Shown here in pieces: positions 1 to 13,088 of a DNA stretch of 64,000 nt. Both the position numbers and the translations under genes were made by a program. Source of the DNA: Octopus vulgaris (Eukaryota). Where the stretch lies: positions 36,580,001-36,644,000 of the forward strand of contig OX597838.1 in assembly GCA_951406725.2 (NCBI GenBank). Reading direction: 5' to 3'. The notes beneath the pieces are model-generated. The model was given only the letters and a program-made list of their open reading frames with translations, had not been told where the DNA came from and ran no database searches. The first letter of the stretch is position 1; each line of letters begins with the position of its first letter.

Positions 1-89
1 ATGTGTAAATATTTATATGAATTTGTAGATATTTGTGTGTAGGAGTATGCATTTATATATATATATATATAAACACACACACAGCTGCA

Positions 90-133
<44 letters not shown>

Positions 134-376
134 AAGACATATGTGTGTGTAAATATATATACACTTATACACACACACACACGCATATAGATAAGCATAT
201 AGACCCTGTGAATATATAGTGTGATGTGTATACACATATATATATGTACACATACATGCATATAAACATATGTAAATATTTATATGAATTTGTAGATATT
301 TGTGTGTAGGAATATGCATTTATATACACATATACATATATATAGATTTATACGCACATACACACATGAATATATT

Positions 377-424
<48 letters not shown>

Positions 425-572
425 GCTGTGTGTGTGTTTATATATATATATATATATATATTTGTGTAGACATGTGTGTGTGTGTAAATATATATACACT
501 TATACACACACACACACACACATGCACATATATAAGCATATAGACCCTGTGAATATATAGTGTGATGTGTGT
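1..572. repeat. Tandem duplication of a microsatellite-rich unit (~270-340 bp)
   Basis: gtaaatatttatatgaatttgtagatatttgtgtgtagga occurs at ~5 and ~272; tagaccctgtgaatatatagtgtgatgtgt occurs at ~199 and ~541. Confidence 0.8.
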
Positions 573-1584
573 ACACTCCCTTGCACATTCTAACATGTTT
601 GTTCACAGTTCTTTCATTGTTGCTGTTCACTTCATGTTTTGATATTTCAATATTGTACAATATATTGGTGTACAAATATATTATATGCATTCCCTTTGTC
701 TATTGCTACATCACAGTGCATTAAAGATTGCTGCACACCATATTGTATTGCCTCGACATTGCATTGCATTGTAGTGTTGTCTTTGTCTGCCCTTGTGGCT
801 TCGCAAAGTTATTATCCCTTTATCATTAGCTTTTGCTCAAACAACAAAATAGCAGCCGATCGACTACAAGAAGAACAATGAAAATATTAAGGTAAAAAAT
901 AAAGAAATTAATCACACAGACATGCGTTCAAAATATAAACAAATGAAACAACCACCACCATTGCAACAAGGATATCAATGAAGAAGCAAAAATGTAGAAC
1001 TCATTTAGACAAAGGATTGTCATCACATCAAGCCACTTTGCATTTCGAAGGCAGCACAAGCCCGTTGTCTTTTCTCTTTTGTTTTAAATTCCTTTCAACA
1101 TCTCAATAGGTTCAATTAGTGGCGGATACTGAGATGCTGGAATTCTGTGTCGATTCTGTAGATCTTTTGTGCCATGTTCTGCATGGGAAACAATTGAATG
1201 GAGGAGGGACGGATGGATGGTCGAACAGACAGGACTGACAAACAGATGGACGAGCGGTCTGGTGACCGGACACACATGCATTTCCTTTTTGCATATGTGA
1301 ACATACACACACATATATGCACAAGCACACATGCACATACACACACATATATGCACAAACACACATGCACATACACACACACGTGCACACAAATTCATGC
1401 ACACACATACACACAAACATATTTTTAAAAATTAAAACACCTGGCTGTGGGTGAAATAATAAGGTAAACATTTTTCTATGCCATGTGTGTATATACGTGT
1501 GTGTGTATGTGCATAAGTATATATATATATATATATGTGCATGTGTGTGTGTGTATATACACACACACACACACACACACACGC

Positions 1585-1617
<33 letters not shown>

Positions 1618-1865
1618 TGAGTACATATTTGATGATGGGTTGCAATCGTCCCAAACAACTGCAGCCCCTATTAGCATATATGTATACATTTATGTGCTTT
1701 TCCTACAGCATTAAGAGCATTTTTGCTCTTATTTCTAGCAATGTAGATGCCTTGACACCCTTAATCATGTTTAGTGATGATTGTATTTTTCCTTTATGTA
1801 TCACGTTGTGTCTTCCTGTTTATATTCATTTATATAAATATATATATATCAAATTGAGTGATATA

Positions 1866-2043
1866 TTTACTTCTTTATTGCCCACAAGGGGCTGAATAAA
1901 CATAGAGGGGACAAACAAGGACAAAGGCATTACGTCGATTACATGGACCCCATTGCATAACTGGTACTTATTTAAATGACTCCGAAAGGATGAAAGGCAA
2001 AGTCGACCTCGGCAGAATTTGAACTCAGAACCTAATGGCAGAG
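1866..2043 (-). mobile_element. SINE family B (tail type 1), partial
   Basis: Reverse complement of the gagttcaaattc-gccgaggtcgactttgcctttcatcctttcgg core and the gcccttgtgggcaataaagaa tail seen at 10631, 14956 and 47261. Confidence 0.8.
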
Positions 2044-2318
2044 GAGGAATGTATTATCTGGGCAGATACCATGTTAGTTCTCAGCTTGGTTCCAAAGACT
2101 GGCTGACCACAATGGTCAGTGTTTAATGTTTATGTTGGCAATTAGAAATAACAACACCCCTATCTAAGAGAAATTTACCTCTCTAACTAAGAGAGATTTA
2201 GCTCAACCAGCCCCCTTTTGGAGAGGACCAAATGGAGAGACCCTGATGACACTGCACTGACAATATTGCATAGTTGCAGCAGCTGCAATGGAAACACGTG
2301 TCGGACATTGTAATATTG

Positions 2319-2603
2319 TTTGTTCCTTCTCGAGCCACGCCTGGTTCATTAGGGCCGGTTTCCTGGTTTCTTTGGCATATAGGTTCCCCACCTGGATGGA
2401 ACGCTGGTCTGTTGCAGTCGAGCTGCATGATGCAAGAGGAAAGAGTGAGAGAAAGTTGTGGCGATAGAGTCAGCAGAAGTTTGCCATTACCTTCTGCTGG
2501 AGCCGCATGGAGCTTAGGTGTTTCACTCATAAACACACACATAGAACACGCGATCCCTCGACCATGAGTCTGCTGCTCTAACCACTAGGCCATGTGCCTC
2601 CAC
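2319..2603 (-). mobile_element. tRNA-derived SINE family C variant
   Basis: Minus-strand head gtggaggcacatggcctagtggttagagcagcagactc and body match 43137-43330; the 3' part differs from that copy. Confidence 0.75.
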
Positions 2604-2605
2604 TC

Positions 2606-2775
2606 ATTGTAATATGCTGTAAATAAATTTTGTGGATGTACAAGTGTCAATACTCATTATCATATATAAGCAGCGACTCCGTCTAAGAATATCTGAAGAA
2701 GGAATATTATTCCAAAATATCATATCAGACTATGGATAGCTAAATTACAACAGGTATATAGCCCATTGTCTGTAT
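2606..2775 (+). mobile_element. Penelope-like LTR remnant with degenerate hammerhead motif
   Basis: TATA-like tatataag (2663-2670), then CTGAAGA-a-ggaat/att/attcc-aAAA-tatcata-TC (2693-2726). The G of GAAA is mutated and stem I is poor. Confidence 0.4.
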
Positions 2776-2866
2776 TACACACAAACACACATAAACACTC
2801 ACAACACTCAGTCTGGGAATCGAAACCGTGAGCCCCTTGCCCTAACCACTAGGCCATTGCGCCTCT
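2776..2866 (-). mobile_element. SINE family C head fragment
   Basis: Reverse complement reads gaggcgcaatggcctagtggttagggc...ggtttcgattcccagact, matching the head at 43137. Confidence 0.7.
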
Positions 2867-2914
2867 GGATCCATGTAGCTGGGAAGCAAACTCCTTACCA
2901 TACAGCAATTTTTG

Positions 2915-3317
2915 CAGAAAGCTTTGCATTTCCTTTGCTAAGCCTTGGCATTTTCTCCTTGATTCCCCTGTTCTATAACCACACCATTCATATCTGCAGA
3001 CTCAGCTTCATCTATGAAGGTGCACTCTTTTGAGATCTTGCCGCAGATGCTAATATCCGCTCATCTTAACTTCAATCTTATGATCTGTCTGTACAGTAAA
3101 ATCCCATGAGTCCTTAAACCGAACATCCCCTGTCACACTTTGTGGAGCTAGTACCATTTTCTTCCTACTTCAAAACCGTTCTGATTATTTTGTTTTTGAT
3201 ATTTGAGTGCAATGCTTTGGCTAAACAATTGAGTCTACGCTTATATTCTTTCTGCCAAGATGTACGCAAGTACTTATGCGCACAACAGTCATCTTTCTAG
3301 TTACAGATTGTGCACTT
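2915..3317 (-). pseudogene. Decayed C-terminal fragment (zinc knuckle plus restriction-like endonuclease) of an R4/Dong-like non-LTR retrotransposon
   Basis: Manual translation across frameshifts gives KCTICN..., QKEYKRRLNCLAKALH, GFEVGRKWY, WDFTVQTDHKIEV, DISICGKISKECTFIDEA and KCQGLAKEM. These match the order CxxC / YKRRH / KWY / WDF-QTD / PDI / IDVA / KYxDL of RLE-clade ORFs. Confidence 0.75.
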
Positions 3318-3597
3318 ATTATTTTTATCATCATTTTTATCATTATTTTTATTATTACTATTACTGTTGAAGTTATTATTATTATTATCATCATCATCAT
3401 CATTATTATTATTATTGTTATTATTATTATTATTATTATTATCTTTATGATTATTATTATTATTATTATTATTGTTATTATTATTACTATTACTGTTGAT
3501 GTTATTATTATTATTGTTGCTATTATTACCAGCATCATCATCATAAACAATTATTATTATTATTATTACTATTATTATTATTATTATTATTATTTTT
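3317..3597. repeat. (TAT)n/(CAT)n compound microsatellite
   Basis: Direct inspection. Confidence 0.95.
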
Positions 3598-3982
3598 TTT
3601 TTGATAACCATGTCCCGCAGTTTGTTTTAGTGGATTAAGATAACGTATGGTTTCACAATTGATAAAAAAAATAAATTCTAAAACACAAAAAAAAAACTGT
3701 AGAGATGTCTGAAGATTAATTATGTTATTTTAAAACGAGTCACATACATGTGTGCACACACATGTACATGCACGTGCACACACACACACACACACAGAGT
3801 CACACACACACACACACATGCATGAACACACAAACAACCACACACGTTTGGCTACCAGTTTTTATTTCTTTGTCTGACACACTAATGATTTCTGCTAGCC
3901 TGTCACTCTATCTTAAAATATAATAATAATAGTAATAGTAATAGTAATAATAATAATAATGATAATAATAATATTAATAATG

Positions 3983-4205
3983 ATCCTTTTTACTACAGAC
4001 ATAAGGCCTGAAATTTTTTGGTTGGGGTTAAGTCAATTACATCGACCCCAGTACTCAGCTGGAACTTAATTTATCAACCCCGAAAGGATGAAAGGTAAAG
4101 CTGATCTTGGTGGAATTTGAACTCACAACATCAGGACAGACAAATTGCCACTAAGTATTTTGTTTGGTGTGTTAATGTTTCTGTCGGCTCACTGCCTGCT
4201 GCCTT
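3983..4205 (-). mobile_element. SINE family B (tail type 2)
   Basis: Same central core as family B; tail aaatttcaggccttatgtctgtagtaaaaagg followed by (ATT)n. Confidence 0.75.
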
Positions 4206-4206
4206 G

Positions 4207-4249
<43 letters not shown>

Positions 4250-4251
<2 letters not shown>

Positions 4252-4461
4252 CTTTCTACTAAAGGCACAAGGCCTGCAATTTTGGGGGAGGAGACTCATT
4301 GATTACATCGGCCCCAGTGTTTCACTGGTACTTAATTTATTGACCCCGAAAGGATGAAAGGCAAAGTCATCCTCGGCGGAATTTGAGCTCAGAACACAAA
4401 GACGGACGAAATACCGTTAAGTATTTTGCCTGGCACACCAACGTTTCCACCAGCTTGCCAC
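4250..4461 (-). mobile_element. SINE family B (tail type 2)
   Basis: Same core; tail aattgcaggccttgtgcctttagtagaaagc followed by (ATT)n. Confidence 0.8.
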
Positions 4462-4467
4462 ATCAGC

Positions 4468-4501
<34 letters not shown>

Positions 4502-4533
4502 GTAATAATAACAATAATAACAACAACAGCAAC

Positions 4534-5124
4534 AACAAGCGCACTCAGAAAATGTAAACTTCTGCCATGGCAACACCAACATCCTCTCAATGATTAGATG
4601 ATTTTTAAAATGGAAATAATTGAAATTAACTTGACTGCTCTCACAAACGAGTGTACTAAAAATGAATCTGACTGCTCTCAAAAATTAAGTAAATAGAACG
4701 GAAAAATAATCCAGAATTCTTGTTTGGTACCTGATTGATCCCATTGGTAGACATGGGATGTGAAGGTGGCTGTAGAAAAGTTAGTGACAATAATAAATAG
4801 TTTATCCTTATCTAATACAAGCCAAAGTTAACAAATTCACTATTTGAAATAGTTACAGCCAAAAGATAGTTAACTGAGAAAGACTTGAAAGTTAACATAA
4901 GATCATAATCATGTAAAGTAAAGTAAATATAGCAAATGATCCAGAATCCTTGTCTGGTATCAGATCGATCCCAAAATCTAATCAGTTCGTGCCAGTCACG
5001 AGGCCAAACAGCCCTGAAAGTTTCATCCGAATCCATCCAACAGTTCTTGAGATATCTTGTCCACAGACAAACAAACAAATGCAACTGAAAATAATATCTC
5101 CACCTTGGCGAAAGCGGAGGTAAT
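4534..5124 (+). mobile_element. Non-autonomous Helentron-associated element (HINE/DINE-1-like)
   Basis: 5' aacaagcgcactcag...aaacttctgccatggc; an internal duplicated atccagaat(t/c)cttgt(t/c)tggta block; a (CAAA/CAGA) tract; 3' ctccaccttggcgaaagcggaggtaa hairpin and subterminal inverted repeat. Confidence 0.6.
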
Positions 5125-6369
5125 AACCAAAGCATACCAAGGCAACCCTCTTGGTAGCATCAGTTTGCTATGGTTCTCCATTTTTTGAGAATTACTAATG
5201 CTCAGTGTTACCGTAGTGAAGAGTTGTGCAGTGCCAGTCATGAGATGATGATGATGATGGTGATGATAATGATGAGGAAGAATTGCAGATATTTCAAAGT
5301 TAAGTGTTTTGGCCTCCAAAACATGACCACTGTGTCCTTGTAATAGAATAGGATATAATCTGCTGATCTCTATCATTCATCTTTTTTTTTTCTGGAGACC
5401 TGTGGATAGCTTAAGCACACACACACACATATACACAAATACACACACATTGGTAAACAAAAAAAAATCAGCATAACAACAACAACAACCACAATAACAG
5501 CAAACACGCGATCTTCCTGTAACAGCATTTCAATAACGGTTTTACTCTCATGCTTGTTGTGGTCAAAATATGCTGTGTGTCTTCTCCTCCTCCTCATCCA
5601 CTGCCTACCTCTCCTTACACCCCACTCTCATTCTCTACCACCCACCACCACCACTTAAAATCCCATCTCGTTAATTATATCAAAACAGGAAATTATTTTC
5701 TGCATGTCTCCAGTAATTAACTTAGACATGGATAATCTGTCTCATGCACATACATGTGTATGTGTATATGTCTCCGTATGTGAGTGTTTGTGTGTGTACA
5801 TATATGTGTGTGTGTGTATATGCGAGTATGTATATATATATATATGTGCATAAATGGTGTGCATGTATGTGTGTGTATATATATATATATATATATACAT
5901 ATATATGTGTGTATGTGCGTAAACCTGTAAGTACCTATGTATATACATATGTATATATATATATCATGTACATGCATCTCTATATATTTGTGTGCTATGT
6001 ATGTATATAGCTATATATATTTACATACACTCATATATGTGTATATATATAAAAATATATTTACAAACACATACACATATATACGTATACATATGTATGT
6101 CTGTGTATACACATACACGCACCTATACACTATTACAAATACCTGTATGTAGATAGATATCAAAGTGCTGTGTAACTAACACTGTTATCATATAATCACA
6201 TGTGTGTATAATATGTATTCATATATGTATGAATATGTATATTTGTATATGCATATATATGCATATGTATATATGTGTATATATATATATATATGCATGT
6301 ATATATGTACATATCTATCTATGTATATATATATGTATATGTATGTACATATATATGTATATATATATA

Positions 6370-6374
6370 TGTAA

Positions 6375-6431
<57 letters not shown>

Positions 6432-6504
6432 GTAATGTATATATATATATATGTATATATATATGTAATGCATATATATATATATATATATATATATGTA
6501 ATGC

Positions 6505-6587
<83 letters not shown>

Positions 6588-6588
6588 A

Positions 6589-6626
<38 letters not shown>

Positions 6627-6840
6627 ATGCATATATATATATGTATATATATATGTATGTATATATATATATATATATATATGTGTGTATATATATATGT
6701 AATGCATATATATATATGTATGTATATATTTATATGTAATGCATATATATATATATATGTATGTATATATATATGTATGTATATATATATGTAATGCATA
6801 TATACATATATGTATGTATATATATATGTAATGCATATAT
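6370..6840. repeat. (TA)n array punctuated by a recurring gtaatgca motif
   Basis: gtaatg(c/t)a recurs about 10 times between TA runs of variable length. Confidence 0.9.
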
Positions 6841-7699
6841 ATATATATGTATGTATATATATATATATGTATATATATATGGATATGTCATACTTGTGTG
6901 ATTAACATTCTCACTGATCAACAACTGATCATAACAGTTTTACAATAATAAAAACCAAACAAAAGAAGCAAAAAAAAATTAAAAGGTAAAAATAAAAAGC
7001 AGCGCAAAAACGACGATGACAACAACAACAACAACAGCAGCAGCAGCCGCAATAACAACGACAACAGATTTACTTTGATGAATCCGGAAGGTTCTGGTAG
7101 TTATGATTTCTGCTTGTTCTGGCAGTTGCAAATATATTTAGCCAGCGGCTGGCTCGCTCTATAATTGGCTGCAAATCTAATGTTGGAAAATGTTAGAAAA
7201 CTGATAATTGGAATCAAATACAAGCATGTTACCCTCCCCCCTCTCCCCCCGAACCCTTGTCTGTCGCCCACCAATCCATCCTGTGCCAATTTTCCTCTCC
7301 CCGCATTCGTGCTTCATTCTACCTGTTACCTACTCTCTCTCTCTCTTTCTCTTTTGCCTGCTCGTTCTTTATCTCCGTCTTGTTTTATCTGTTTCCGTCT
7401 CTTTTTCTTTTTGTTAACTTCTCACTGCAATCGCCTCGATTACAGGTGATAAATGAAGGTAAAGTTTCTAGATGTACGTCTACATTTTGTATTTACTGCT
7501 TGTTAAGATTTCGTGTAAACATGACGTTGCTTCAGCCTGGCCAGAGCTGAGAATTGTCCCTCTGGTTGGAAATAGTTAAGGTGTAAACAATTTTTTTTTT
7601 TTTTGGCTTATTTGAAATGAATTAATGAGACACTGGCTGTTGCTGTTTTACTTTGAAAATCTGCTAAGTTTAACTAGAGATATAATCAAGTAGAGTTGG

Positions 7700-8490
7700 G
7701 ATCAAGCAGAGATGAGATCAAAGAGAGATGGGATCAAGGAGAGATGGGATGAAAGAGATAGGATCAAGAAGAGATAAGACAAAGCAGAGATAGGACAAAG
7801 CAGAAATGAGATAAAGCAAAGATAGGACAAAGCAGAGATAAGATAAGGCAGAGGTAGGACAAAGTGGAGATAGTACAAAACAGAGATAGGATAAAGCAGA
7901 GATAAGATGAGGAAGATGTAGGACAAAGCAGAGATAAGAAGAGACAGAGGTAAGACAAAGCAGAGATAAGAAGAGACAGAGGTAAGACAAAGCAGAGATA
8001 AGACAAAGCAGGGATAGGACAAAGCAGATATAAGAGGAAGCAGAGGTAGGACAAAGCAGAGATGAGACAAAGCAGAAATAGGACAAAGCAGAGATAGAAC
8101 AAAGCAGAAATGAGACAAAGCAAAGATAGGACAAAGAGATAAGATAAGGCAGAGGTAGGACAAAGCAGAGATAGGACAAAACAGTGATAGGACAAAGCAG
8201 AGATAAGATGAGGAAGAGGTAGGGCAAAGCAGAGATAGGACAGAGCAGAGATAGGACAAAGCAGAGATAAGACAGGCAGAGGGCCAAGAAGTGATAGTAA
8301 CAAACAGAAACAGGATCAAGCAGAGATGAGATCATGCAGAGATATGATGAGGAGTCAAGAAGGGATATGATCAAGAATTGATAGGATCAAGCAGAGCTCT
8401 TATCAAGTAGATACAGAATCAAGCAAAGATAGGGTCTAATAGCGACAGGATCAACAAGAGAGGGGATCAAATGGATATAAGGTCAAGCAT
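7700..8490. repeat. Purine-rich minisatellite, ~16-bp unit gacaaagcagagatag
   Basis: Dozens of contiguous variant units, degenerate at both edges. Confidence 0.9.
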
Positions 8491-9016
8491 CTCCTCGTCC
8501 CTTGTTCCTGTGTATGTATATGCATATATACATGTATCTGTATATAAGTGTATATGTGTATTTATATTCTCCTGTGTATATAAGTATATGTATCTACATG
8601 TGTATATGCATGTGTTAGTTTGTATGTGAGTGTGTGTGTGTGTGTGTGTGCATGCATTGACACTTCTCTTGTTCCTGTATGTGTGAAATAAGTGTGTATC
8701 TGTGTATATGTGTATGCGTGTGTATCTGTACTCCTGGATATATATATCTGTGTGTGGGTGTGTGTACATACACATACATGTTTATATATGTGTGTTTGTG
8801 TGTATAAGTGTGTTTTCATTTGTATGCATGCATATGTCTGTGTATGCGTGTATATACATCACCTTATCCCTGTTCCTGTATGTGTGTGTATGTGCTTATA
8901 ATGTGTGTGTATGTGCATATGTGTGTGTATGCATGTGTTAGGGCATGTGCGTGTGTGGTTTTGTGTGGTGTATGTATGTGCATCTTTTCTTTCCACCCAT
9001 TCTTATATATGTATGC

Positions 9017-9048
<32 letters not shown>

Positions 9049-9556
9049 ATGTATGTACGTCTGTGTTTGTGTATGTATGTCTGTATGTATGTTCATGTGT
9101 TTATTTCTGTGTTGCTATGTATCTATATCTGTGTGTATGTGTGCATGCAGGAAGGATCTTCCAAGCTGTGTAACTGTGTGTGTGTTAATGTGTCTGTTAG
9201 CATGTGTGAGTGTGTGTGTTAATGTGTGTGTGTGTGTAGGATGTTAATGGAGGTAAACAACTGTCAAGTTGAACTCCATTATCATTGTTGAAGTTTGTTG
9301 GTTGTATTTCCTGATGATGGCTTTTATATAACATCATCGTATTCTCCTCACCACCACTACCACCCTCCTGTCTCTCTCCCTAAATGCACACACACATACA
9401 CACACCTTCACATATATACAGACACACAGAGGAACACGTACGTATGTATGTGAATTTGTGAATTTATATATAAACATACAGATATATACTCATTCATACA
9501 TATGTTTACATATATATATACACACACACACACAAACATGCATGTATTTATTTGTA

Positions 9557-9610
<54 letters not shown>

Positions 9611-9668
9611 CACATACACACATATACAAATAAATTTATGTATGTGTGCATACATAAATATATATATG

Positions 9669-9699
<31 letters not shown>

Positions 9700-10339
9700 A
9701 TATTTGTATGTGTATATATGTGCATATGTATATATGTATATGTATGTTTGTGTATATGTATGTAGGTGCATATGTATGTATTTAATATATATGTGTATGT
9801 ATGTATATATATATATATATGTGCATGTACAAATACATACATACAGATAGTCCTCATCATTTTACTGTCCACTTCTCCAGGCTCACATATGCATGTACAT
9901 AAGTGACTCACATACGCATATATATATATATGCATGTATCTATGAATATACATATATATATATATATGCTCATAGATAAATACATACAGAGATATATACA
10001 CACATATATATGTACATAAATACATGTATATTTGAAAGCCTCTTGATGGTTTGCATCATAATGGACCTACAGGATTTTTAATTTCTCACAAATGGGTTGC
10101 TATTGAGGATGATTTTCAGTGTAAGGAAACCTCAGAGTGGTTATGTTATTAATAATAATTGAACTTTTCACCTTGCATCACTAACTAGTAAATGCATTAG
10201 TGACAAACCAATACTCACCGTTGCATTACTCTGCTTTATTTATATTTGTTGCATGCAGGCAAGGCGAGGTGTACGTATGGTTGTTGGCTAGTTGCACATA
10301 TGTTGCAAAGTAAGAAGTTTGCTTCCCAACCATGCTTAA

Positions 10340-10560
10340 CCCTTTAGTGTTCGCATTATTCTGCCAAAATTAATGCTTCTTTATCCACATTGTTTTGAAC
10401 TAATCATGCATTATCTTGTAGCTATGAGATTTTGATGAGGTAGCTGTTAATTTTTAAAACGATATTGTAGGGTTGGTGTGAGAGACCAGATCTGGCCAGT
10501 TTGAACATAAAACGGGCAGAATACTTTTGGCCGGATATGGCTGGTTTAAATGCTAAAGAG
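10340..10560. mobile_element. TTAA-flanked MITE (piggyBac-type termini)
   Basis: ttaa|ccctttagtgtt ... aatgctaaagag|ttaa; it interrupts a diverged SINE A copy, and homologous units lie at 58430-59370. Confidence 0.7.
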
Positions 10561-10630
10561 TTAAGGTGCCACCATGTGGCACCTTGAGTAAATGTCTTCT
10601 GCTATAGACCCAGGCTGACCAAACCCTTGT

Positions 10631-10854
10631 GAGCTGGCAGAAACGTTAGCACACCGGGTGAAATGCTTAGAAGTATTTCATCTGTCGGTATGTTCTGGGT
10701 TCAAATTCTGCCAAGGTCGACTTTGCCTTTCATCCTTTCGAGGTCGATAAATTAAGTACCAGTTACGCACTGGGGTCGATGTAATCGACTTAATCCCTTT
10801 GTCTGTCCTTGTTTGTCCCCTCTATGTTTAGCCCCTTGTGGGTAATAACGAAAT
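10631..10854 (+). mobile_element. SINE family B (tail type 1)
   Basis: gagctggcagaaacgttagc head, B-box-like ggttcaaattc, conserved core and gccccttgtgggtaataa tail. Confidence 0.85.
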
Positions 10855-11138
10855 CAGAAACTAAAAGTAGCCCATTTCCCGTGTGCACATGTGTGTGTGT
10901 GTGTGTGTGTGTGTATATGCATCTATTAATCTGTGTTTGAGTTTGTTGTCTACCATCACATCCCAACCATTATTGGATCATTTACATCTCTGTAACCTAG
11001 CTGTCCAACAAAAAGAGACTGATAGAATAGATACCAGCAATGATGTATGGTGGTTGTTGTATTGGGTGTGCTGTCACACCCAATGCCACCAAATTTGAAG
11101 CAGGGGTACAACAAAAGTTTTCTATTATGATTTGTGTA

Positions 11139-11309
11139 GGCGTAGGAGTGGCTGTGTGGTAAGTTGCTTGCTTACGAGCCACATGGTTCCGGGTTCAGTC
11201 CCACTACGTGGCACCTTGGGCAAGTGCCTTCTACTATAGCCTCGGGCCGACCAAAGCCTTGTGAGTGGATTTGGTAGACGGAAACTGAAAGAAGCCCGTC
11301 GTATATATG

Positions 11310-11348
<39 letters not shown>

Positions 11349-11554
11349 TTGCGTGTCTGTGTTTGTCCCCCCAACATCGCTTGACAACCGATGCTGGTGT
11401 GTTTACGTCCCCGTAACTTAGCAGTTCGGTAAAAGGAGTCCGATAGTATAAGTACTGGGCTTACAAAGAATAAGTCCTGGGGTCGAGTTGCTCGACTAAA
11501 AGCGGTGCTCCAGCATGGCCACAGTCAAATGACTGAAACAAGTAAAGGAGTAAA
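11139..11554 (+). mobile_element. tRNA-derived SINE family A, full length
   Basis: A box tggctgtgtgg, B box ggttcagtccc, internal (TA)n(TG)n tract and gtaaa(a)gag tail; more than 10 similar copies in the window. Confidence 0.9.
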
Positions 11555-11599
11555 TTAACGAGTAAGGTTAATATTTACACACCTGAAATATACACCCCT

Positions 11600-12003
11600 G
11601 GTAACAAGCTTATGAAAAAAAAAGGGAATGGGGTCAAATTGTTCCACTAAACACTTCAAGACGGTGCTCCAGCATGGCTGTACTCCAATGACTGTAACAG
11701 GTAAATGATAAAAAAATAAAGATACACCACTTGTTTTATCAGGTTTTAAGAGAAAAGTAAATACTGGGTTTGATTTGTTGGGTTAAACCCTTAAAGGTGG
11801 TACCCCAGCATGGTCGCAGTGCAATGAGTGAAGCCAGAAAAAGATAAGACAAAAAGATACACCACTTATTTAACCAGGTTTTGAAAGAAAGTGTCACTAC
11901 TGGTTTTGATTTGTTTAGCTGATCCTTTCAAGGTGGTGCCCCAGCATGGCCACAGTAAAGTGAGTGAAACAAGAAAAAAGACGAAAGGCAAAAAGATACA
12001 CCA
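11600..12003 (+). repeat. Three tandem diverged copies of the SINE A 3' tail
   Basis: ggtg(c/t)..ccagcatgg..cag..aatga.tgaaac..g.aaa unit repeated near 11660, 11800 and 11935. Confidence 0.75.
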
Positions 12004-12005
12004 TA

Positions 12006-12408
12006 GGCGCAGGAGTGGCTGTGTGGTATGTAGCTTGCTAACCAACCACATGGTTCCGGATTCAGTCCCACTGTGTGGCATCTTGGGAAGTGTCTTCTGC
12101 TATAGCCCCGAGCCGACCAATGCCTTGTGAGTGGATTTGGTAGACGGAAACTGAAAGAAGTCTGTCGTATATATGTATATATATATATATATATATGTAT
12201 GTTTGTGTGTCTGTGTTTGTTCCCCTAGCATTGCTTGACAACCGATGCTGGTGTGTTTACGTCCCCGTCAATTAGCGGTTCGGCAAAAAAGAGACCGATA
12301 GAATAAGTACTGGGCTTACAAAAAGAATAAGTCCCGGTGTCGAGTTGCTCAAATAAAAGGCGGTGCTCCAGCATGGCCGCAGTCAAATGACTGAAACAAG
12401 TAAAAGAG
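12006..12408 (+). mobile_element. SINE family A, full length
   Basis: Matches 11139-11554. Confidence 0.9.
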
Positions 12409-12821
12409 AAAGTGTAATAGAGTATTTGTTTACTACATATGAGTTTCAAAGCAATGATGCTATTAACCCCTTGATTAAACCACTGCTCTGTTCTGTCATG
12501 TTGTGTGAAACACATAAAGAGACCCCTGTTGGTTTCAATGATGAAGGGTCACCAGTGCGATCAGCTGAATGACCAGCTTGTTGAATCATATTAGAGCGGG
12601 GTTTATTAATTCCGCAGATGCTGGTAACCTTAATGTAACAATTAGGAGACCAAATCAACATGACACGGTGTACGTGACAAAGTTGTACTTAAATATATAT
12701 ATATGTGTGTGTGTGTAGAAAGATATATATATATGTATGTGTGTATGGGTATTGGTATATGTTTGTGTGTGTATACATATATATGTATATCTGTATATAT
12801 ATATATGTGTATATGTCTGTA

Positions 12822-12875
<54 letters not shown>

Positions 12876-13022
12876 TACATACATATGTGTATATACATTT
12901 ATATAGATAAATAGATTGATGTACACACACAGATATACATGGTTATTTTTATACCCATATGTACACATATCCATCTCTGTCTGTCTGTCTGTCAATCTAT
13001 CTATCTTTATCTATCTATCCGT

Positions 13023-13088
<66 letters not shown>

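Noticed and set aside
7700-8490. CRISPR-like array
   Set aside because: The units are contiguous with no unique spacers, the context is eukaryotic and there are no cas genes. The same applies to 44790-45400 and 6370-6840.
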